Made by a program: the position numbers and the translations under genes. From Paraspadella gotoi (taxonomy: Eukaryota > Animalia > Chaetognatha): DNA of 64,000 nucleotides. Of the stretch, positions 56,019-64,000 are shown one piece after another; position 1 is the first letter of the stretch, and each line of letters begins with the position of its first letter. The stretch spans positions 11,428,200 through 11,492,199 of the forward strand of contig CM119268.1 in assembly GCA_051294375.1 (NCBI GenBank). Direction: 5' to 3'. The notes below the pieces were generated by a model. It saw nothing but the letters and a program-made list of their open reading frames with translations. It had not been told where the DNA came from and did no database searches.

Positions 56019-59000
56019 ATGGAGACAAACAACAACGACTCCATCTTTCTATGGAGTTATTGTGCGGACGATCCCTTCTGGGATTGGCGCCTCTCGTGGA
56101 GGACGCCGGATCCCGCCTTCACGTTCTGTTTTTTGGACACCGTCTCTCAGGTCTTTCCTTCCCTCTTTCTCTTTCTGGCGATAATTTTCTGTCCGTACAT
56201 CGTGGTCCTGCCGGAGATCATCCAAGATCCCAAATCGCAGAGAGAGGAAGACGATGACTTTGAGTATAAGGATGAAAAAGACGACGACAAAGACGACGAC
56301 GAAGACAAAGACAATTCCCAGTCTCGCGCCCACGCCGTCATTTCTCTCGCTAAATTCTCCCTAAGCCTCGCAGTCTACGCGGCCTCCGTCTTTCGACTTT
56401 TCTTTTTTGCTTCCTCCGACGTCGTCGCCGTCGACTCTCTCCAAGCCGCCTTCTTCGAATCCCCGGCGCCTTTTGTCAACGCCGGGGCTCTGATGATCTC
56501 TTCGGCGCTGGCGGCGCGAGTCGCCTTCGTCGAATACCGCTCTAAAACTTTCCAGACGTCTTCAGTGTCGTTCATATATTGGACGCTGGTCTTTGGGCTA
56601 CACCTGCTACCGGTGCGAAGCTTCGTGAAATTCGGGCAGGCGTCTACGGCGTCGAAGCTGTTTCCTATCACCGCCGCCGATCAGGCCGCCACTCAAACTA
56701 GCTTGACCATCTCTCTCTACATGATCGTCGCCTGTTCCTTTCTGCTCTCGATGCTCCACGCAATTAGGAGCTTAGGATTGCCAGGCACCCCGTTCGACAG
56801 GGCCGGAGCGCTCTCCCGGTGGACGTACTGCTGGGTGATCCCCACCATGATCAAAGGTTTCCGCAACACTCTCAATATCAAGGACGTAGACGCTCTTCCG
56901 GAAGAGTTGCTGACGGAAACGCTTTTGAAAAAAGTGGAGGAAAAGATGGCAGCGAACACTATAAAAGCAAAGGAGATGAAAAAGAAAGGCATCAAGGATT
57001 ACGAAAGACTCCAAGATCTTCAAGAGACAGCGGACGGAAAACCCATCTACCGGTTTTCCGTTCTCTTCACCACTCTCTCCTGCTACAAAATGGATCTCGT
57101 CCTCAACATCGTCCTGCGTTTGCTTTACATATTGATCGACACCTCCAAAGCGGTCATTCTCGGTTGGCTGTTGAATCACGTCTCACATCGAGCGGATTTT
57201 GGCAGGTTGCCAGATTTCGATTCTAGAGAGTGGCTCTGGAAAGGGTTGTTCTTTGCTCTTCTCCTTTTCATGGCTTCGATCGTGTCCAACTGTTTGCAAT
57301 ACATCACTCAATGGAGAATGACGTTGCTTGGTCTAATGGTGAGAAACACAGCTATGATGCTTATCTTTGACAAGATGCTCTCCATCTCATTGGCAACGAG
57401 ACAGAGTTCTACAGCTGGCAAGATACTTAACCTGATGAGCAGTGATGCGAAAAGATTGTACATGGGATTGGAGGTGCTTTTTATAGGTCTCATGACACCC
57501 CTCCAGTTAGTTGTAATCGTTTGGCTATTGTACAAAGAAATTGGCCCAGCGTCCATGGCTAGCGTGGCGTGTTTAATGAGTTTACTGCCAGTAACTATTT
57601 TTGCAGGAAATCAGATCATGAAGCTGCAAGCAAAAACAATGATTTTCAAAGATACTCGGGTCAAATTAATGAATGAAATTCTCAATGGGATCAAGGTTGT
57701 TAAATTTTATGCGTGGGAAAAGTCTTTTATTGAAAAAGTCGTTTCTATTCGTAATCAAGAGCTGGGAGTCTTAAGGACCCAATTGTACTGGCGTGCTCTC
57801 ATGAGGTTTATATACAGTACCGAGCACATTATAGTTAGCATAGTTACTTTCACCACATTCATGTTTGTCCACTACTCCAATGTTTTAACAGCAGAAAAGG
57901 CGTTTGTCTCTCTCACCCTATTTAACTCGATTCGAGTGCCATTGTGGGCATTGCCAGAGGCCATCTTTTCTAACATCCAGATGTTTGTATCGAGCCAGAG
58001 AATCAACCACTTTCTTAACAATCCGGATATTCACAAGGACGAGGTCAATTACGCATTGAAAAGTGACGAAGCATTATATTTGAATAACGCTACCTATGCT
58101 TGGGATCCAAACTCGGAACCCTTCCTGAAAAGCCTGAATTTTAGCGTGAAAACGGGAGAAATGATCGCGGTCGTAGGCACCGTTGGTTCTGGCAAGTCCA
58201 CACTTCTCAATGCCCTGATGGGTGAGATGAGCCAGATTCGAGGAGCACGCTCCATTGTGGATAAAATCGCTTACGTTTCCCAGCAGCCCTGGATTCAGAA
58301 CGGGACCATCAGGGAAAATATATTGTTTGGCAAAAAGATGAACGAGAAGAGATACAATCGGGTGGTTGAGGCATGCGCGTTGCTGCCGGATCTGGCGATA
58401 TTACCCAGCGGTGACCAGACTGAAATCGGTGGCAAGGGTGTGAACCTTTCGGGGGGACAAAAGGTGCGAGTTTCTTTGGCCAGAGCCGTTTACGACGACG
58501 CCGATCTTTACTTTCTCGACGACCCATTCAGCGCCGTCGACAGTCACGTCAGAAAGTACCTCTACGAAAACGTCTTATCTTCCAAGGGAATGTTGGGCAA
58601 GAAGACCAGGGTCTTCGTTACCAACGACTTGTCTTATTTGCCGATGATGGATTCCGTGATCTGCATTGACAACGGTAGAGTTGAAAAGGGAACGTTTTCC
58701 CAACTTTTGGAGAAGAACCCTTCCTTCTCTAAATTCGTCAAGAGAAGCGGAGAGGAAGAAGAGGAAGAAGAAACGGAGAAAGAAGATAAAACGGAGAAGC
58801 CGAAGAAAAAGGAGACGACGGATGGAAAACTGACCGTCATGGAAGAAAGCACCCAAGATTCGGTCAAGATGCGCGTCTACTTCCTTTATTTGAAATCCTT
58901 CGGAAAGGTGCTCTCTTCTCTCTTCTTGGCCAGCATGGTCGGCATGCAATGTTTCGAGATTTGGGCGACGGTCAAATTGTCGAGTTGGTCCGACTCGGCG

Positions 59001-61551
59001 ACAAGTTCCTCCCGTTCTGCGTCGAAAAAAAACTTTATTGATGGTAATTTTAAGCAGCTCGTCATGTACAACGCTTTGTTGCTGACAGCATCCTTCGCGT
59101 ATGCGGTGGCGACGATGCTGCACACGTTTGGCACCATCATCGCGTCTCGAAAATTGCATCAGGAATTGACGGAAAAAGTAAGATTGTTAAATTTAATTTA
59201 ATTATTTGAATTAATTAATTTAAAGCTATAAGAAATTATAAAGTTTTTTAGAATTTTGATATTTGAAGACTAATTTTAGTTATTGATTGAATTAATAAAG
59301 TCTCATTTTACAGTTGCAATAAGATGGCATTTATTTTTTTTGTTTACGGTTCCATACTCTCATTATAAGGCACCCATATTTTTTTCCTGTTTTTGAATTA
59401 ATGTAGTAGCATGACAGTAACAAAACAATCCTTCTTCAGGTGATGTCCTACCCCATGTCTTTTTTTGAAACCGTACCGATCGGCCGAATACTCAACCGCT
59501 TCTCCTCGGACATCGAGAACGTCGACTACCGAGTTCCCGAGAAGCTCTTCAAGGTCGCGGAGACGCTTCTGGCCACCATCTCCTCGCTCATCCTCATCGC
59601 CTTCATGAAACCAACTTTCCTCTACACGGTCCCCTTTATCTTTCTCGTCCTCTACTTTTGCAAGGCTCTGTACATCTCAACAAGCCGCCAACTCATTCGC
59701 CTCCAGTGCATCTCCAGATCGCCCATCTTCTCCCTCTTCCAGGAGGCGTTGCAAGGCCTCGTCTCCATCAGAGCCTTCAAGAAGCAGGAAGATCTCAAGA
59801 CCGGTTGCCGATACAAGATCGACGAGAATCTCAAGGTGAAAACATATCTATTTTTAAAGCATTTTAAAATTAAAATTCTTTTTTCAAGTCTAAAAAATGA
59901 AAAAGTTCCTTATTCTTGTCATAAGTAGGAAGAAAAAAATATAAATTCAGAAAACTCAATCGATTTTTTAATGAACCGCTTCTTTTGCCATCTTTGACCC
60001 AGGTGACCTTTCTCGCCGTTGGGGTCAACCGATGGATTTCCTTTACCCTCCAAACCATCGGAAGCTTCGTCATTCTCATTGCCGCATTCTATTGGTTCGA
60101 TAATAATAATAAAATTTTTTTTTAGAAAACGAGATGAAGTTAAAATTTTTTAACGCGACTATTATTATTAGTTTTATTAATTATTATTAATTAATTGAAT
60201 AAAAACCAACCCCTTTCCCCCCCCCCAGCGTTCTTCAGTCGGACACTTCCCCCGGCAAGACCGGTCTCATCCTCAGCTCGGCCATCCTAGTCTCCGTCCA
60301 CTTCGGCAACGCAATCCGCGAGATCTCCTACCTGGAAAACTTTCTCATCTCCGTCGAGCGGCTCGACGAATACTCCAACCTGCCGACGGAGGCGCCCTGG
60401 AGAAACGCCGGCTCCTACGTCGTCGACTCCTCCTGGCCAGACAAAGGGGCCGTGTCCTTCGAAGACTACAGCGCTCGCTACAGAGACAATCTCCCTCTCG
60501 CCATCAAAAATCTTTCCTTCGACGTAGCGAGCGGAGAGAAGGTGGGCATCGTTGGCCGAACGGGCGCCGGCAAATCTACATTGACTCTGGCTCTCTTCCG
60601 GATCGTCGAGGCGGCAGGAGGCGGCATCACGATCGACGGATGGCGGACGGACAAGTTGGGGCTGCACGATCTGAGGGAAAACATCTCCATCATTCCGCAG
60701 GTAAGGGAGAGTTGGATTGATCGTGTCTAGAATTTAAGATATTATGGGAACGGGAGGATGCCTGTGGGGCGCGGGGTATCTCACCAACTGGAGTAGGGGC
60801 TGCGGGACCCTCGGTGACGCCTCTTGTCACTGGCATGTTTAGACCGGCTCCGTCTCATTTAAGCCAAGAACGGGATACCCAGGGATTGAACGGGACGCAC
60901 GGTTGTAACGAGATGATTTAACCTGCTCAGCCATTGAGACGAGGATGAGACGGACAGCAGTGATGCAGCTTTAAGACTTGCTGCCAACAATGTTTCCTTT
61001 GACCATGCCACCGTCCTTGGGTCTTCGATTTTATTCCCAACCTCTTGCACCTTCCCCCAAAAATCACTCAAGGAGCCCGTAATCTTCTCCGGCACCCTCC
61101 GCTTCAACTTGGATCCTTTCTCCGTCACGAGGACGACGCCATTTGGCGAGCCCTCGAACTGGCCCACCTCAAGCCCTTCATCGGAGCGTGTCCCGAAGGT
61201 CTCGCCCTGGACTGCGTCGAGGGTGGAGAGAACCTCTCCATGGGTCAGCGCCAACTCGTCTGCCTCGCGCGCCGCCATCTTGAGAAACTCGAAGATCTCG
61301 TCCTCGACGAGGCCACCGCCGCCGTCGACGAAGAGACGGACGCCCTGATTCAGCGGACGATCCGCTCCGAGTTCGCGGGCAGCACCGTCCTCACAATCGC
61401 CCATCGCATCAACACCATCATGGACTACGACAAGGTGTTGGTCATCGATCAAGGGAGGCTCGTAGAGTTTGACAACCCTGCCAAATTGACCGCCGACGAC
61501 GAGTCCGCTTTTTACGGATTAGCGCTCGATGCAGGTTTAGTTGGGGTTTAA
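56019..61551 (+). CDS. ABCC/MRP-family ABC transporter (long form with TMD0). Exons: 56019-59177, 59440-59835, 60003-60094, 60229-60700, 61073-61551
   Basis: TMD0 (FWDW...PAFTFCFLDT); IKVVKFYAWE; NBD1 GTVGSGKST, LSGGQKVR, YFLDD; FFETVPIGRILNRFSSD; NBD2 GRTGAGKST, NLSMGQRQL, VLDEATA, IAHR. The last exon needs 1-nt indel corrections near 61120 and 61272-61295. Confidence 0.95.
60743..60989 (-). mobile_element. Solo LTR of the TRIM family at 12477-13192, in the last ABCC intron
   Basis: The reverse complement aligns over the full LTR length (diverged, small indels). Flanks ATAT (60739-60742) and ATGT (60990-60993) look like a degenerate 4-bp TSD. Confidence 0.88.
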
Positions 61552-62561
61552 CGTTAAGGGAGTGTTTATTTTGTTAAGTGGTATAGGTAATTTAAAGTTG
61601 TTTATTTTTTAAATAAAACTATTATTAGGTGTATAGGTAGAATTAGTTTTATCAAAAATCAATTTAGTGTATAATATAGCAGGATACACGATTTCTTTTT
61701 TTTTTCTTGATCATACTCCTGTAAGCGAAAAGCGATTACATAATCGAGCAATAACATTTTCTACCTTTTATATGCACCCTGTACGGATTGCGAACAATGA
61801 TTTTTGAATCTTTCGTTTTTTTCCATTTCTTTTATGATTTTTCCTTCGGGAAGAATTTGGAGAAGAAAAAAATGAAAGTGTAAAAGTCGATTAGAGAAAG
61901 AGCAATTTATTTCATTGCAAAATTAATGTTTTAAAAAAAAAACCTAAACAGCACTACGATTCGCTATCGATATATAACTGTGATGCCGAGCTTCTGACTC
62001 ATTCAGGGTTAACCTAAAATTTGTTGTTTCAAGCCTGACGTCATTAACGTGTTATTTAACATTCAAGGACTGAGAAGATAAATTTTTACGAAATGTTATA
62101 TAATTCTACCGATACGTAACTTGCAAAGGTAGAGTTGTTTCTAAAGCCGGCGCGACAACTTTTCCAGTTTAACGATTTTACTGTTAAATGTTAAATTCAT
62201 GATATACGTACTTAATTAAAATTTTAACGTGCCCTAGTTTTAATTTTATTTTACCTTAAATCGCTTTCCTAGTTTACTTTAGTATAAAATAATTTCTTAT
62301 GAATTTAATGTCTCTTTATTTTTAGTTATTCAGAATGACCTATGTGTTCCTGCTTTTATTTATTTCACAATAAAAAAAAGAAAATAATTCCTTTCACTTT
62401 TTTTCTTATTTCTTTTCTTTTCAAGTTGAAGTTTTTAAGATTTATCAAATATTCTCCCTTTAAAAAGACCCACTCTCATCCATTTCTCCCCTTTATCTTT
62501 TTCACGTCATTCTTTCCCACTTTTGACTCCATTTTCTCCTCTTCCCTTTCTCGATTGTTTA

Positions 62562-62612
<51 letters not shown>

Positions 62613-62890
62613 CACGTGAATAAATCATCGTCACAACGCCAACAATGGAGGCGAGAGAGTTCAGGATTTCACCAGCGTTGGGACGATCACGACGACATGA
62701 ACGACATCTGACGACGACGACGAAGATGACGGCATTAACGACCGAAAACTGTAAATATGACAACTAAAATTCATAAAAAAGATTAGTACTTACGGAGTCC
62801 TGCTTTAGTTTAGGCAAATGTTTTTAGTTTGCCCTCAATAGAAACTTAGGTTAACGGTGAGGTGTCAGTTTCTCTCGTTATATTTTTATG

Positions 62891-63387
62891 AGTTTTACTT
62901 TTGCATATTTTTAATATTGGACTATTTTAATATAGTCTTTTACCGATTATATTTAAAAAATGTTTAAACAATTAACTGTCAATTCAATTCGTGTTCCCGC
63001 ATGCATAATGAGTAGATAAAGCCCACGGGCACGTGGGCAATGGAAAAAGGGTTTAGGTTCTCCCGTCGCCGTCCTTTATCTGGAGATGAGCTCGCCGTCG
63101 AGTGACATAAACTTGCAGGTTTNNNNNNNNNNAGGCAGATCCGACATTGTTTGCTCAAACTTGTTTTTATTAGTTTTACTTTTGCATATTTTTAATATTG
63201 GACTATTTTTATTTAGTCTTTTACCGATTATATTTAAAAATGTTTAAACAATTAACTGTCAATTCAATTCGTGTTCCCGCATGCATAATGAGTAGATAAA
63301 GCCCACGGGCACGTGGGCAATGGAAAAAGGGTTTAGGTTCTCCCGTCGAGATGAGCTCGCCGTCGAGTGACATAAACTTGCAGGTTT
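62891..63387. repeat. ~220-bp direct duplication on both sides of a 10-N gap (62891-63122 and 63172-63387)
   Basis: Near-identical copies differing by a short indel; probably contig-end overlap or two haplotypes. Confidence 0.8.
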
Positions 63388-64000
63388 GACTTATAGAATC
63401 AAATCGGAAATTTAAAACAAAAGTTGTAAATTTTATCCTACATGGTTTCAGAAATTTGCATAATCTTGACAAATTCCCCCTACAAAAGGTCCCGACCCGA
63501 TCATGAACGTGGCACCGACCAGCAAAAAGTTATGAAAATTTCCCTAGACATTTAGGCCACCATGGATTCTTTTTCCCTCCTTTTTTTCGGCGAATCAGCA
63601 AACCCGAGGGAGAAGACGTCAACAATGAAAACTGAAGGAATCTAGACACTAGGGAGAAGAATTTTTAATATTTAAATAAGTTTCCAAAGTTTTCTTTCAA
63701 AATTTTCTTCTTTTAAAAATACGAATTAATTTGTCGAGCACTTAAACCAATAAAAGTTATAGGCAAAGAACAACAAATAAAGCGAGGATGATAATCCGTC
63801 GTTTGATAATTGGAGCTGTACGTTTGATTTAGCTAACTTGTTGAGATTGTATAATTTCATTACCTCCATTCATTCCTCTTATCGTTTTCTCTTTCCTAGG
63901 TTATAATCGTCTCAATTCTCCCTCGTGAAATCTCTCCTTTGAAGACCGAATCTCTCTCTCTCTCTCGCTTTTAAACACTCGCACAATACACCGATGTACA

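Noticed and set aside
57433-57460. CTGATGA-GCAgtgaTGC-GAAA hammerhead-like core
   Set aside because: No helix I or valid helix III/cleavage triplet; explained by the conserved ABCC peptide NLMSSDAKR.
62891-63387. Direct repeat that could be LTRs or a tandem duplication
   Set aside because: The first copy ends exactly at a 10-N gap; typical contig overlap or haplotype artefact.

Overview
Eukaryotic (most likely invertebrate animal) draft-assembly DNA: AT-rich intergenic/intronic sequence, GC-rich exons, GT-AG introns, many (GA/CT)n microsatellites and three N gaps. Manually spliced gene models, in order: a partial membrane protein (-), a small ankyrin-like protein (+), a TRPA-like channel (+, 6556-18653) whose 5.8-kb pore intron holds a complete same-strand CD36/SCARB-family gene and a small LTR retroelement, a low-complexity basic protein (+), phosducin-like PDCL3 (-), an SLC22-type transporter (-), a K2P potassium channel (-, 33560-52046) and an ABCC/MRP transporter (+). 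Most notable: (1) the K2P channel appears to have an extracellular M1-P1 loop of at least ~380 aa that starts with a MAM-domain-like motif and contains an RRRRR convertase-like site; (2) the CD36 gene nested on the same strand inside the TRPA gene; (3) a TRIM with tRNA-like Pol III boxes in its LTRs, a tRNA-Trp-like PBS, a PPT, a 4-bp TSD and a solo LTR elsewhere in the window; (4) a ~120-bp hammerhead-ribozyme insertion with an 11-bp TSD and a related insertion-free copy in the window. Several single-base frameshifts in otherwise intact genes point to assembly indel errors. All calls are by eye; no database searches were run.
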